Shown piece by piece: positions 23,033 to 37,548 of a stretch of DNA of 64,000 nt. Origin of the DNA: Heptranchias perlo (taxonomy: Eukaryota). The first letter of the stretch is position 1. Each line of letters opens with the position of its first letter. The position numbers and the translations under genes are program-made. The DNA lies in assembly GCF_035084215.1 (NCBI RefSeq), contig NC_090340.1:15004001-15068000 (forward strand), read 5' to 3'. The notes below the pieces were generated by a model that saw only the letters and a program-made list of their open reading frames with translations, did not search any database and was not told where the DNA came from.

Positions 23033-25612
23033 TGTTAGCGTGGATTTTGGACTGTTGAATTAAAGGCAACGATGAAGTGACTATTGGGTACATGGCGGTG
23101 GTCTTTACCCTAAAACCACACTGAAATGTGCTTTGTGTAGATTAGACTAACCTTAATTAAAGGCTTAAATATAACGCTTGACTACTAATAAAATGGACAC
23201 TATTAAACAAAATGGATTCTATTAAACAAAGGGACACTATTAAATAAAATGGATTCTGTGACTGTGGGAAAGACAGTTAAAAGTGTTGAGTTTGTACATT
23301 CCAGAACTGGCTTACAGTCTGGGAATACAAAGGACATTTCACAACGAACTGATAAAACTATAGAACCAGACTGCATGAAACAAAGGCATGCTGTCTTAAG
23401 GTGATAATAGTTGTTCGGACTTAATTGGTTAATGCGTAAGCAGTCCGTTGTTGCTATGCGGACTTAATTGGTTAATGTGTGTAATCAAGATTTATGATGT
23501 AAAAGCTACTGAAAATCTGTATTTCAAAGGTATAAAAAAGCATGACAACCATTTTAAAGTTGAGAAGGTAGCTGCGTTCACTACGGAGTGTCCAGTCCTT
23601 CTCCCAAAGCTTTGTCCAATAAACTGCATGTTGAATCTTTAAGTCTGACTCCGAGTGGTGATTTTTTCCCACAACAATTGGCGTAGTCGGCAGGATCTCA
23701 CTACTGGTGAGCTGATCGGTTGGCCTCGATCAGCGAACTGGAGTCGAGATCATTGAACTGTGGGAGTCAGACTAAGCCAACAGTGCAGTTAACACAGGGG
23801 GGTAAGTTAAGAGAATTTATGGGACTGTTGGGTATAACTAAGAGCTGGTTGCTTGTGCTGATCGACTAAGGACAAGGAAGTGTCTCTCTTGTATCCTGCC
23901 TTAGACTGGCTGTTCAGAGGGGAGATCCCCCACGCGAAGGTCAGGATCTTGAAGTGGATGCAAAAACAGGGGCACTTGCGATTGTGAAGCACGAGTAACC
24001 AGAACCATCCGGTACCAAACTCTGTAGTGGCGAACAAACGCAGAGATTAGAGCATAAGTTAAAGCATAAGTTAATTTACGATGTGTATTGTCTGATCATA
24101 CAACCTAGAACCGAACCCCATGGGAGGAAACACATTATCAAACTGATAATTGTGGCCGTGAGTATATAGTTGCAACTGAAAGTAAAATCTGGAGTGGAGT
24201 TCGGGCTGGGATTTCAGAAAGTTTAGAAAGTTTGGGAGGGAAAAGTAAATCTGGTGTGACCGGCAGTGACCGGTGATTACGGCTGGCTGTACACCAGCAC
24301 ATACCGACAGTGATCGGTGATTAAGTACCGGCAAGTCCCGGGGCCAGGACCCGAAAGTTGAAAGAAAAGAAAATCCGGCGAGAAGCCGGGACCCGAAGGA
24401 AAGATATAGCGAGAGGCTGAGATATCAGAAAAGAAAATCCGGTGGTTAGACCGGGACACGAAAGGTTTGAGTGAAAAGAAAACCCGGTGGATAGACCTTG
24501 ACCCGAAGGATATAGCGAGAACAGAGCACGATAATAAAGTTAACAAGTGAACAACCTAGATGGGGACCTGCAGGTTCCCTTATCGAGAAGTATATGACAG
24601 ACAGACACTCATTGATTAAGCAGATGCAAAAGGATGGCTGGGATATTTCTCAGACCTTAGAACAACAGAGAAAGTGGATAGATGGGGAAAAGAAGGATAA
24701 AACAAAAAAGGCAGGAGTATTACTAGTCCACCAACAAGCTGGAACCTTAGGGAATTAGAAGGCACCTCCACTAGAAAGTGGAGCGAAGATAAGGATAAAA
24801 TTAGGGAATTAGAAACTAGGATAAGGGAATTAGAAAAAAGAATCAATTAAAATGTTTAAAAGACAGAGACCCGGAAAAGAAAGGGTGTACTGTCTCTTTA
24901 AAAAGCCTGTCCTGATTGTGAGTGTTTTTTCGGTGTTGTGGGCCACGCCCCTTCTTACTGCGTCTTACGTGTTTATGTATTTGTTTTGTCTTGTGTTTAA
25001 TTCTGAGATTGCTGAATTAAAATTGGAGTTATTGAGGTTAAGTGACCGATTAAATTCTGATTCTTATAAAATGTGAGCATGTCAAATGACTGGCTGTTCA
25101 GAGGGGAGATCCCCCACGCGAAGGTCAGGATCTTGAAGTGGATGCAAAAACAGGGGCACTTGTTATTGTGAAGCACGAGTAACCAGAACCATCCGGTACC
25201 AAACTCATGCTTTTTTATACCTTTGAAATACAGATTTTCAGTAGCTTTTACATCATAAATCTTGATTACACACATTAACCAATTAAGTCCGCATAGCAAC
25301 AACGGAAATGTCCTTTGTATTCCCAGACTGTAAGCCAGTTCTGGAATGTACAAACTCAACACTTTTAACTGTCTTTCCCACAGTCACAGAATCCATTTTA
25401 TTTAATAGTGTCCCTTTGTTTAATAGAATCCATTTTGTTTAATAGTGTCCATTTTATTAGTAGTCAAGCGTTATATTTAAGCCTTTAATTAAGGTTAGTC
25501 TAATCTACACAAAGCACATTTCAGTGTGGTTTTAGGGTAAAGACCACCGCCATGTACCCAATAGTCACTTCATCGTTGCCTTTAATTCAACAGTCCAAAA
25601 TCCACGCTAACA
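23033..25612 (+). mobile_element. ERV-derived element with a complete left LTR (23033-23676) and an inverted U3 right end (25206-25612)
   Basis: TG...CA ends; GACCT TSD at 23028-23032 and 25613-25617; TATA at 23531, AATAAA at 23618; PBS; gag-like coiled-coil fragment at ~24555-24850 (KIRELETRIRELEKR). Confidence 0.92.
23679..23696 (+). promoter_or_regulatory. Primer binding site, tRNA-Ser
   Basis: TGGCGTAGTCGGCAGGAT, 2 nt after the LTR end, is the complement of the vertebrate tRNA-Ser 3' end (ATCCTGCCGACTACGCCA). Confidence 0.9.
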
Positions 25613-25734
25613 GACCTTCTTCTTTGTTCTTATCTCACTCCGCCCCCTTTTTTCCTGGCAATACACTAACGTGTAAACTGTTAAATCTCTAACTTCTTCC
25701 ATTTCTGATGAAAGTTCATCATCCTGAAACCAAT

Positions 25735-25900
25735 GTGCACGCAACACGGTCTCACAAACAGAAAATTAATTGAATGATCAGCGTATTCACTGATAAATTC
25801 GGATGAATTGCTGACGAGGACACTTGGAGAACTGTGCGCTGTTCTTCAAAAATGCCGTGGGATCTTCTTCATCTACCTAAGCAGGCAGATGGATCCTTAG
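25735..25900 (-). mobile_element. Deu-domain SINE fragment
   Basis: ggagaactgtgcgctgttcttcaaaaatgccgtgggatcttcttcatctacctaagcaggcagatgg matches the copy at 38905-38985. Confidence 0.6.
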
Positions 25901-28199
25901 TTGGGTCATTAGATAATCTTGAAAGCAATGCACATAATCTTAAAGACAATAATCTCAAATCACGCTGAATTCCTTATATTATATCGGTGCGAACTTCCTA
26001 TTAACTTCTTCCATTAGAAATGCCTATGTCGGAATTTCTAATGGAAATTGGTTCTATGCGTTTGTCAAGCTGTAATTATGCCCTCCCGCAATAGGGGCAT
26101 TGCACTGGCACGAGGGCGTAATTGCAGCCCAACGGGTATAACATGGGACATTTCCATTATAAAAATGAATATCAGAATTGATAGGACAGAATGTATATAA
26201 CTTAAAATGGATATCAAGTTACGTCTGTATGCATTGGACCAAATAACACCCATCGTCTAACCTGATGACTGCACGCCTGTTTGATTTTCCTTGTGCAACA
26301 CGATGGGCGATTGAATCTATTTTATAAAATTTACCTTGACATTAAAAAATGGCTGATGCGGACTAACATGAATACAAGCAGAGACAGTGCTTTATAATGA
26401 GATGAGCTACAGGAAGGCAGTTAGCCTTCATGATCAGGATTACATCTTTATGTGGAATATTTCAGCACCTCCTGTTGCTGGTCATTATTTATCCTTTTTA
26501 TAAAAAGGACGAGGGCGGAGTTCAAGTGACATTAGAAGAAATAAAAAATGACAAATTTCCTCTTCTTGTACTTGGGCATGAAGGATTGTTTCTCCTATTG
26601 GCATGCAATTTCTCCTGCCCGATATTCCAAAGGTCCCAGGATAACCCACAATGCTCCTAGAACCTCCGTCCCCAGTGAATCCAGAACTTTGCGTCTTTCC
26701 TCCCACTCCTCCCGACCATTGGGCCCAACGTTCCCCTCCCCCACCCCAAAATATAAAAAACCTGAGACACCATCAAATTACTCCTGACCCTGATCCCCTT
26801 CCCAGTGCGCCGTGGTCCTATGATTGGCCCGAATACTGATAAGCCAATTGTCCCTAACAATAGGACTTGGCATAATAGCGTGTCCTTTCCAGCTCTGACT
26901 CATTGTGAGCAACGCCACGAGAGATCAACTCGTTATATATTAAAAAACTAACAGCTTTGCACTGTTCATGTCACCTTCATCCATTATAAATTGAAAGCTC
27001 CACATGATTAATATAAACAGCCAAAATAATCTTGTCACACTATCGGTACACCATGTCACTACTGAAGGCCCGACTGCATCATAACTAGCAGGACGGTGTA
27101 ATTAGAGCTTGAGAAGTTTACCGTGGCAGTTTACATTATAAGTGTGGCTATAAGAATTTGTATTGAAAACGCAGAAAAATTGCTACTGAATGTATGACTT
27201 TAAAAAGTGACTGGATTATATCTGCACGTCCTGGCCCAATTAAAATCTGCCCATTGAAATAATTTTAATTGAAGACAAGACATGGTCTTGACAGTCTGCA
27301 AAAACACGGACAATTAATTAGTAATATATTAACAATCTTACATATGCAAGTACTTCAATTATAACTTCCCCAGTTCACTTTTATAATGCGAAGTATTTAA
27401 ATAAACTTGTCACACTGTACTGCCATGCTGCCACTAGCACTGAACTGCCTCAGCATTATACTTCGCTGCTCCTCAGCCTGTACTTCAGGGAAGCTCCTAT
27501 GGTCTGACTGCTCTGCTTCCCAGATGGTCATAATTTTGCTATTTAACTATAAATAACTATATAAAACAAAAATAGATGAAAATAAGGACATAATTTATGA
27601 TTTCAATATGTGGATTGAATTAATTCTGCGTCCTCCGGGCCAATTATTTCTCAACCCTCAACCGCTCCTTCACGGAAACACCACCTTTGGTCCCGGCTCC
27701 CGGCGTGTAACGACACGACCGAGGTGCCGAGTATTGTTACTGATTCCACTCTCAGCGCGCCCGCACCACCACCGACCTACTAGCACTACAGCGTTTCTTC
27801 ACTCGTTCAGTTCATTTCCTCTGTTGCCATTTTTGATTCTTCTGCTGCGTTGACCCAATTTGGGTGTGTTTGATATGCGTTGTACTTTAAAGGATTGGGC
27901 TCTGCGAAGTTTAAATTCTTCATTTGGATTCGACTATAAAGTACAGGACTTCAGGCATTGGGATCAGGCTGCAAATGATTCGGGGTATAATTGCCAGTTT
28001 GCAAAAGTGACCTCCCCACTGAGCCCAGCGGAGCACTCATTCGGCCCTCATTGTTCCCTTCTCAAAAAATTTCGTCAAACTCAACCTTCCCATAACAAAT
28101 CCATGCTGACTGTCCTTGGTTAATCTGTACCTTTCTAAATGACGATAAATATTGTCCACAGAATTCCTTCCAATAATTTACCCACCTCTGAGGTTAGGT

Positions 28200-30540
28200 T
28201 GTACTATGTGTTTTAGAATCGTAGAATGTTACAGCATAGAAACAGACCATTCGGCACGTAGGGTCTGCACGATTGTTTGTCTCCACATGAAACACTTGGT
28301 TAATTCCACTCTTCTGTTCGGTCTCCACAACCTTCAACATTCCTCTTTTTTCATGCAACTACTTCCCTTTGAAAAGGATTTCTGCGTCAGAAAAGGAATG
28401 CGGCAGAAAACTCCACATTCTAACCATGATCATTGTAAAGAGTATTTTGCATTTCCCTTTAAATTATTTGCGGTTATATTACATTTGTGCCTGTGCCGTG
28501 ACCCCGCCAGGGATAACGATTTATCGCTATTACTTTCTTACATCCTTCACAATCTACAAAAGCTCTACATGTTCACCCCTTAATATTCTCAGCTCCATCG
28601 ATGAAAGCCCGAGCTTCTCGTCCCTCCATAACATTATTCCACATTTTTTAGCAAAATAGTAGCCTACCTATGATGCACGCCTTCCATTGTTTCCCAATCC
28701 GTCTTGTAAAGGGAAACTCAAACCTCTGCACAACACTCCAATTGTAGTGTAACTAAATTCACGTACATTACCTTTTTGCTTTTCTATTTTATGCCTCTGG
28801 AGAGGAATTCAAAAGAGACTGTTCGGACTTTTAGGACCTAATCTCCGTGCGCTGCCACTGTTGGTGCCTTGTGTATCTGCACACCAAGGTCACTCTGCTC
28901 CTCTGCACCATTTCAAATCCAACTATTAAATGAGTGTTTTGTTTCTCTGTTTTTATCTCCAAAAATGTATTGCTTCAAATTTCTCTGCTTTCTACATCTC
29001 TATCTAACTGTCTATTCAGCGATGTCATGATTTCACACGCTCCATACCAATTCTCCATCATCACCTTCCCATTAGGTGTCACCTTTATGTGTTCAGCGAA
29101 TAAAGGCAGCATTAACTCCGTTGGCTGGGAAGTATCATTCATCAAATATTTGCATTCCAAGAAGCTGCATTTTACTCTTGTACTTTGTTCGCTACCTTCC
29201 AATCATCTCTCTAACCTTCTGGCCACATTCGTCTTACTTACGTTGCTGAGGGTTTCTTATCTGACTCCTTATCAAACGTGCTTCTAAAGTCCATATGAAA
29301 CACATTCACAATCTGTCCTTTGCATTTTCCTTCTGTTATTTTTTCAAAGAATTCTCTAAAGGAAACCAAACACTATCTGCTATTTAGAAATTGGTGCTGG
29401 CTGGCCTTGCTGAGCTCTTGGTTCTACAAGTGCCTGGCAGCTTTTTCTGGAGTGATACAGGGCCCATTAAATATAATTCAATGTTCAGCAACTGTTCAAC
29501 CACGATTATGTTTCAAATTACTTTCACATTCGATTTTCTCATCTAATAACAAAATAATTTCAAGATTCCTTTGATAACTAGTCAAGCAATTGTGATACAT
29601 TCGTGTGCAGCAGTGAAAAGGTCAAGGAGTGGGCGCTCAGGCAGCCCCGTGTTCTGATAAAATTGAAGCAATTAGCTGAAGTTTTCGCCTTGTGTTTTTT
29701 GATTTGCGAAGAAGTGATGCTAAATAGTGACACGGGCGCGTGGGTTTCTCAAGCTAAATAAAGAACAAGGCTCATTTGCTCATCTCCGCTCCAGCAGTGC
29801 AATATTAAATTTAGCTTTTAATTGCAACACTCTGAAAACGTACCGAGTGTTGAACATCAGCAGGTATAACGCCTCGTGGCCCAGTGTAATTGCAGAAACA
29901 GGCAGTGTTCTCATTAAACGGAGACTCTTGTAACGTTTCTTAACCCCACTATCGACTGGAATCGCTTCATCTTAAGGCGGCTGAATCGTTTCTATTCGCT
30001 CCATTTTCTGTATTATGCTAAGTGTAGAAGTGTTTTCCTAAATGCATCTTCGGGCGCTTCATTTATTCATCGACACACAAATTTCAGGACAGTGAAACTG
30101 GCTAAATCCACGACACTCTGCTTAATTGAATGAACTGCAATATTGTAATATTGATCACATGAGCTCCAAACTTGTAAGTTGTGGACAACTGTCTAAAATG
30201 TCAAAAGTATTTGATTAAAGTGAAGCCGATTTGATTCAATCACCTGTTAATTGTAACAATTTTAAGATGAGTGTTACAACTTAAAATTGCCCCTTTTCAC
30301 GGTGGTCTACACCTTAGGACCGCAGGCTGCATGCGACCAAGGAGGGGATTTTGTAAGGAACTTCTTATGAAATATCTTGCCGTGCAACTTCGTCCACGTC
30401 GCGAGCAGTACGCAACGGAGTGGGTAATTGTTCCCATTCGTGATGCCACAGTAGGGGAACTCCCATGTAAATTTCGTGCTCCCAGGCTGCCTGTAAGCAG
30501 CTGTTTCACATCATGTAAGAGGTGACTGAACACAGCAGGT
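28200..30540 (+). repeat. Older paralog (copy G) of the cassette spacer, no exons recognised
   Basis: 28210~4825, 29400-30290~9240-10200 and 30300-30540~19865-20080, with greater divergence. Includes the same ancient minus-strand CR1 relic. Confidence 0.65.
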
Positions 30541-33269
30541 ACAGCTCCACATAAGTTGCGTGACCTGTTGAGTGTATCCAGCATTTTATGTTTCTATTAT
30601 AGGTATTCCACTTCATAACGCTGGAGGCATAAGGGACAGGTTAGCAGAATGCGCTTCTCATTTAAGAACACGCTGCATTTGGTTATGTTGAAGATGGATT
30701 AAAATTTTAAGAACACAACTAGAAACAAGTATACAGACCAACACGCATGTGTGAGTACGTGCGCGCAAGCACACGCACACACCAAATTTATAGTCTCTGT
30801 GCATATCCAGTGAAAAATATCCAACCAGAGTATTCAAATGGATATATAATAAAAATGAAAGTTAATATATCAATGAGAAAGAACAATCTTCTTATCTTAC
30901 TCAAAGGGGGAAGATCATTTTTTGCGAACTAATCGACGTGAACTTATTTGCTGCAATTCAATTGGATATATTCCATATCGATAACACATCATTTGCACAC
31001 TGCATACTTTGAAAGCAATGGTGGTACTGAGACTGTCGCCTGTCCAGCAGTATGAAGATTGCACATGCAACCGAGATCCCTTTTCTTTCAATGGAGAACA
31101 CAAGAGCTGATACACAAAATGAAATAAGGGATCCCTTGGGAAATGTATTTTTAACGTACTTTCGCCTCACACTGCAGTCACACTCAGTGCGGTGTCGAAC
31201 CGAAGCCCTTTGAGACTAACTCCTCCAGGTCGGGCTTTAACTTGAATTCCAGCTGAAACTTTAGCTTGGCTGCGAAGCCGAAACGACTTCACGAGAAGCT
31301 AAAGTTCGTAACAATGGTTTGCAGCCAACAACTGATAAATAATGGTGGAGCCGAATATCCAGCTTGAAAATCCTAGGAGAACCGAATATGTCTTTTACAA
31401 GATGCACAGCTTCCCGCTGATCTCTACCTTTTCCATTGTTAAAGTTGCCAATATGTAATAAACAGAGGAACCGCTCATTGTTGGGGGAGGGGGGCTGTTC
31501 CGATTTTTTAAAAATGAAGTATATTTGGTAGGAATACATCCGCTTTCTTGTACAGTAGCCTTGTGGGTTACACTCTCCGTGGCCTAGTGTAATAATCAAT
31601 CATTCGGACCGCACTAGTCCTTCTAATTCAGGTTAGTAAGAAAGAATGTGCGTCATGGGACCAAAGTTTCCAGAATGCAAACACCTGGACGCTTCTTGGA
31701 TTATCCGGTTAACTAAGAGTCAAAAACTTGTTAATCAGCCTGTTTCATCACTGGGCAAGGCGATACAGATATGCTTATCATAGCAGGAAATTCGGCCCCG
31801 CCGGTCAACTAAAGCAGCAAACTAAAACTGCATGTATATTTAGCTTGCAACCACAGACAGTTAGATACGTGCCGATTAACATGTTCATTCATCTACAGTC
31901 AAACAAGCCTGCAGCGGCTCCACTTTTGCAAAGTGAAGTAAGATTAAACTTTCTATCACAAATATCTAGGAACACGTAATCTTGGTACACATACATCCTG
32001 ATAATTACCTGAGTAAGACTTTAAGTCTTTTCTCTCGGATCTTCAGACTATTTTACCGTTTGAATTTTTTTTACCGTAAAGTATGGAGAACTGCACCCGT
32101 TAATATTGTGACCAACTGCACCAGATTGTCTTTTTAGCCTTTCAAACACAAGTCTTTCAAACATTCTGTGCAATTCGCTGATGACTCAGGGGGCAATAGA
32201 TCCCCGGAGTGCAGTACTGAGTTATGCAGAACAGGAAGATCATTTTTTCTAATCCCGTTGTCTGTGGAAATAGAGTCTGGGAAGTGGGGTTCCACCACCG
32301 ATCTCAGCTGTCGTGGCCTCTGCTTGAAGCTCGTGCATAGAGAAGATAAAGCCGGGATGTGATAGTTCCTCCCATCCGATTATCCACTAATGGACCGGAG
32401 AGTGTAAAATGTAATTTGTGTAGCTAAAACTCCAGATCGCTAATGTCATTCCCAAGATTAAATAAGTCACTGGGAGTTTGACTATCTACACTGCAAGCAA
32501 TGCTGTCGATACAAAACGATTGTTATATTTTGGGTTTTTTATTTTCTTACTCTCTCACAGAAACAAGATGTTAATGGGCCTCCAACACATCTTGTATTTA
32601 TAATTCTACCAATGGAACATTCTCTCTAAGGCACTTCGATTAACATCAGTAAATTATTAGACAAGTGAAAGGTTTACACACTCAAAGCAACTTGACACAT
32701 AAAAAATCAACACTCAGACTTATTCGAAAATATCGTCAGCTGGTGACATACATCCAGCAAGAAACGTGTCAACCCGCAGGAAGTACTAACATGAAGTCCC
32801 AGCTACAACCCTCTCCCCCTTCTGATTACAGCTTTACATAGAATGCATTAAGCTCATTTTATATCCATCCACCAACTTTGTATCATCTAATGCTACAGGA
32901 AGAGTATGTAGCGAACTACAACGGAAAGTGTCTGTAAGCGAATGTTGCATGAACCCTTGATCCGTCTCGGTTGTGGCTCCTTCGCTTCCTGCTTTTTGTT
33001 TCTGTTTTTCTTTCCCAGCTGTACCTGGACACACTTTCCCAAAGGCTAAGGATTTGCTGTCGTTGAATTATGAGCAGCAGAGGCAGATCTTCTCAACAGT
33101 TCTTTACCTGACCATTAAAAACAGAATTCCGCACTTTATTTTTACATATTGTAAATGCTTTGATAATTCTTTCTATTTTTCATCCACACGCGGTGCTCTT
33201 TTCTGCATGTTCGCATCAAAGTCATTTGACTCGCAGACATCATCACCACTGCACCGGCTCACAGGCGCT

Positions 33270-33405
33270 CTCACAACTGTATCAATATTATTAGACTCAC
33301 AGGCATTCACCAATGCATCAATATCTTTAGGCTCATAGTCACACTCACCAATTTATCAATATCATTAGACTTACACACACTCACCACTGCATCAATATTT
33401 AGATT
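33270..33405 (+). repeat. Minisatellite, ~4 x 36-38 bp
   Basis: Repeats of tcaccaatgcatcaatatcattagactcacacacac. Confidence 0.7.
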
Positions 33406-33829
33406 GAATTATTAAATTAAAGGGACGTTCTTCAATTGCATCTTCTCATTGCAATAAAAATAATCTAACATTAAATCAGTGTTGGACTAGAACAAACGTT
33501 CCTCAATTTTCAATAAAGATGCCATCATCTCAGGATGTCACAACGTTCATTCGGCGGTACTCTTTCGCTCATGATTATTGTGTAAGTGCAATTGTAATTG
33601 TGAATTTTGCCTCTTTTATATTTGGAGGCAACCGATTACCTAAACCATAACCGACGTCGCACTGATAGGTTTTCACTGCACTCAATGTTGAATGACTTTA
33701 AACAAAAATACAGCTCTTAGTTTTATGAATAGCTGAGTGAAACTCTTCAAACTCTCTGCATTCACTTGACAGCAAATGCCCTCATGCACACGTATAACAA
33801 TTACATTTCCGCACTGAAATAAGACACAT

Positions 33830-36800
33830 CTTAGGTCAAGGACAGAACCTATTTTGGCAGAGTTAAGAAACAATGTAGATGCCATTATACTAGTGGGTGT
33901 ATTCTGCAGGCCACCAACTAATGGGAAGGATATAGAGGAACAAATTTGCTGGGAAATTACAGAGAGGTGCAAGAGCCATCGAGTAGTGACAATGGGGACA
34001 TCAATCACCCCAATATAGTCTGAGATAGTAATGGTGCAAGCAGCAGAGAGCGAGAAGAATTTCTGAAGTGTGTTCAGGAGAACTTTCTTGATCAGTACGT
34101 TTCCTGCCCAAAGAGGAAGAAGGCATTGCTGGATCTGGTTCAGGGGAATGAGGTGGGACAAATTGAGCAAGTTTTGGTCGCGGAACATTTAGGGAACAAT
34201 GTTCACAGTATCATAAGTTTTAGATTAGCTATGGCAAAGGACAAGGGGCAATATAGAATAAAAATACATAATTGTTGGAGGGCCAATTTCAGGGGGTTGA
34301 GAACGGATCTGGCCCGGGGAAATTGAAATCAAAGATTGGCAGGCAAAACTGTAAAGCAAAAATGGGCGGCCTTTAAACGGGAGATGGTTCGGGTACAGTC
34401 TACATACATTCCCACGAGGGGGAACGGTAGAGAAACTAAAGCCAGAGCTCCCTGGATGACGAAAGAGATAGAGAGTAAGATGAAGCAGAAAAGGGGGGTG
34501 TATGACAGATGTCACGTTGATAAAACAAGTGAGGACCAGGCTGAATATAGAAAGTTCAGAGAGGAAGTTAAAAAAAAGAAATGAGGGGCAAAAAGAAAGT
34601 ATGAGAATAGACTGGCAACTAATATAAAAGGGAATCCAAAAGTCTTCCACAGGCATATAAATAGTAAAGGGGTAGCAAGAGGAGGGGTGGGGCCGATTAG
34701 GGAAATAAAAGGAGACATCTGCAGGGTGGCAGAGGGATTGGCTGAGGTACCAAGTGAGTACTTTGCATCTGTCTGTACCAAGGGAGAAGATGCTGCCAAA
34801 GTCATAGTACAAGTGGAGGTAGATGAGATAATAAATAGAATAAATATGATAAAGAGGAGGTATTAGAAAGGCTGGCTGTATTTAAATTAGATAAGTCACC
34901 AGGTCTGGATAAGATGCAACCTACATTGCTCAGGGAAATACGGGTAGAAATTGCCGGGGTACTAGCCATAATCTTCCAATCATCATAGAGTCATAGAGTC
35001 ATAGAGTTATACGGCACGGATAGAGGCCCTTCGGCCCATCGTGTCCGCGCCGGCCATCAAGCCCTGTCTACTCTAATCCCATATTCCAGCATTTGGTCCG
35101 TACCCTTGGCATTTCAAGTGCTCATCCAAATGCTTCTTGAATGTTGTGAGGGTTCCTGCCTCCACAACCCTTTCAGGCAGTGAGTTCCAGACTCCAACCA
35201 CCCTCTGGGTGAAAAAGTTCTTTCTCAAATCCCCTCTAAACCTCCCGCCTTTTACCTTGAATCTATGTCCCCTTGTTATAGAACCCTCAACGAAGGGAAA
35301 AAGCTCCTTAGTATCCATCCTATCTGTGCCCCTCATAATTTTGTACACCTCGATCATGTCCCCCCTCAGCCTCCTCTGCTCCAAGGAAAACAAACCCAAT
35401 CTTCCCAGTCTCTCTTCATAGCTGAAGCGCTCCAGCCCTGGTAACATCCTGGTGAATCTCCTCTGCACCCTCTCCAAAGCGATCACATTCTTCCTGTAGT
35501 GTGGCGACCAGAACTGCACACAGTACTCCAGCTGTGGCCTAACCAGTGTTTTATACAGCTCCATCATAACCTCCTTGCTCTTATATTCTATGCCTCGGCT
35601 AATAAAGGCAAGTATCCCATATGCCTTCTTTACCACCTTATCTACCTGTTCCGCCGCCTTCAGGGATCTGTGAACTTGCACACCAATATCCCTCTGACCC
35701 TCTGTCGTGCCTAGGGTCCTCCCATTCATTGTGTATTCCCTTGCCTTGTTAGTCCCTCCAAAATGCATCACCTCGCACTTTTCCGGGTTAAATTCCATTT
35801 GCCACTGTTCCGCCCATCTGACCAACCCATCTATATCGTCCTGCAGACTGAGGCTATCCTCCTCGCTATTTACCACCCTACCAATTATTTTTTGATCCTT
35901 AAATATGGTGGTAGTATCAGAGGACTGGAGAATTGCAAATGTTACACCCTTGTTCAAAAAAGGGTGTAAGGATAAAGCCGGCAACTACAGGCCAGTCAAT
36001 TTAACGTCGGTGGTGGGGAAATTTTTAGAAACAATAATCCTGCGCAAAATTAACAGTCACGTGGACACGTGTGGCTTTACTAAAGAAAGCCAGCACAGAT
36101 TGTTTCAAGGCAAATCGTGCTTAACTAACTTGATTGAATTATTTGATGAGGTAACAGGGACGGTTGATGAGGGCAATGTGGTTGATGTGGTGTATATGAC
36201 TTCCAAAAGGCGTTTGTTAAAGTACCACATAATAGGCTTGTCAACAAAGTTGAAGCCCATTGAATAAAAGGGGCAGTGGCAGCTTGGAAACGAAATAGGC
36301 AAGTGACAGGAAACAGAGAGTAGCGGTGAACGGTTGTTTTTCGGACTGGAGGGAGTAATACAGTGTTGTTCCCCAAGTATTGACACTTGGACCACCGCTT
36401 TTCTTGATAAATATTAATGACTTGGACTTGGGTGTAAAGGGCACAATTTCAAAATTTGAAAATGGAACAAAGCTTGGTGGTGTAGTGAAAGTGAGGAGGA
36501 TAGTGATAGACATCAAAAGGACCGAGACAGGTTGATGGAATGGGCGGACACGTGACAGATTAAATTTAACGCAGAGAAGTACGAAGTGACACATTTTGTT
36601 GGGAAAAACGAGAAGTGGCAATATAAACTAAAGGGTGCAATTCTAAAGCGAGTGCAGGGACAGAGAGACCTGGCGATATATGTGCACAAATTGCCGAAGG
36701 TGGCAGGGCAGGTTGAGAAAGTGGCTAAAAAAGCGCATGGGATCCTGAGCTTTATAAATTGAGGCATGGAGTACAAAAGAAAGGAAGTTACGATGAATCT

Positions 36801-37378
36801 TTAGAAAACACTGGTTCGGTCACAACTGGAGTGTTGTGTCCAATTCTGAGCACTGCACTTTAGGAAGGATATGAAGGCCTTAGAGAGGGTGCAGAAAAGA
36901 TTTACTTGAATTGTTCCAGGGATGAAGGACTTCAGTTACGTGGATAGACTGGAGAAGCTGGGGTTGTTCTCCTTGGAGCAGAGAAGGTTGAGAGGAGATT
37001 TGAGAGAGATGTTCAAAATCATGAGGAGTCTAGACAGAGTAGATGGAGAGAAACTGTGCTGATTGACAGATGGGTCCAGAAACAGAGGACACAGATTTAA
37101 GGTGATTGGCAAAAGAACCAAAGGCGACATGAGGAACAACATTTTAAGCAGCGAGTGGTTATAATCTGGAATGCACTGCCTGAGGGGGTGGTGGAGGCGG
37201 ATTCAATCGTGGCTTTCAAAAGGGAATTGAATAAGTACTTGAAGGGAAAAAAATTGCAGAGCTACGGGGATAGGGTGGATAAGTGGGACTAGCTGGATTG
37301 CTCTAACAGAGAGCTGGCACGGGCTCGACGGGCCTCCTTCTGTGCTCTAACCATTCTATGTTTCGATGATTCTATGAT
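33830..37378 (+). mobile_element. Decayed CR1 LINE (ORF2 to 3' UTR) hosting a nested CR1
   Basis: Endonuclease remnant (LLDLVQGNEVGQI), EDWRIANVTPLFKKG...NYRPVNLTSVVGK, and 3' end ttctatgtttcgatgattctatga. Confidence 0.9.
34983..35887 (-). mobile_element. Young 5'-truncated CR1 nested in opposite orientation
   Basis: Uninterrupted ~270-codon ORF2 C-terminus and a (ctctatga)n tail at 34983-35005. Host sequence atcttccaatc|tccttaaatatgg resumes at ~35896. Confidence 0.92.
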
Positions 37379-37548
37379 CTTAAGGAACCCCTGGGTGTCA
37401 CATCGAACCATATAAATTAGAAGATGCCTGTTTGGATTAACAGTCTCTGTTGTGTTTTAGTTCTGGCAGCAGTTATGACACTAAAACTGGTCTGAACGCC
37501 CAGGGAGAGGAAGAGGGCAATTAGCATTAAATCTTGCTGCTGATCGTT

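Noticed and set aside
35073-35984. 303-aa ORF as a gene
   Set aside because: It is a chimera of antisense host CR1 and a 5'-truncated nested CR1 ORF2 end, so it cannot be autonomous.
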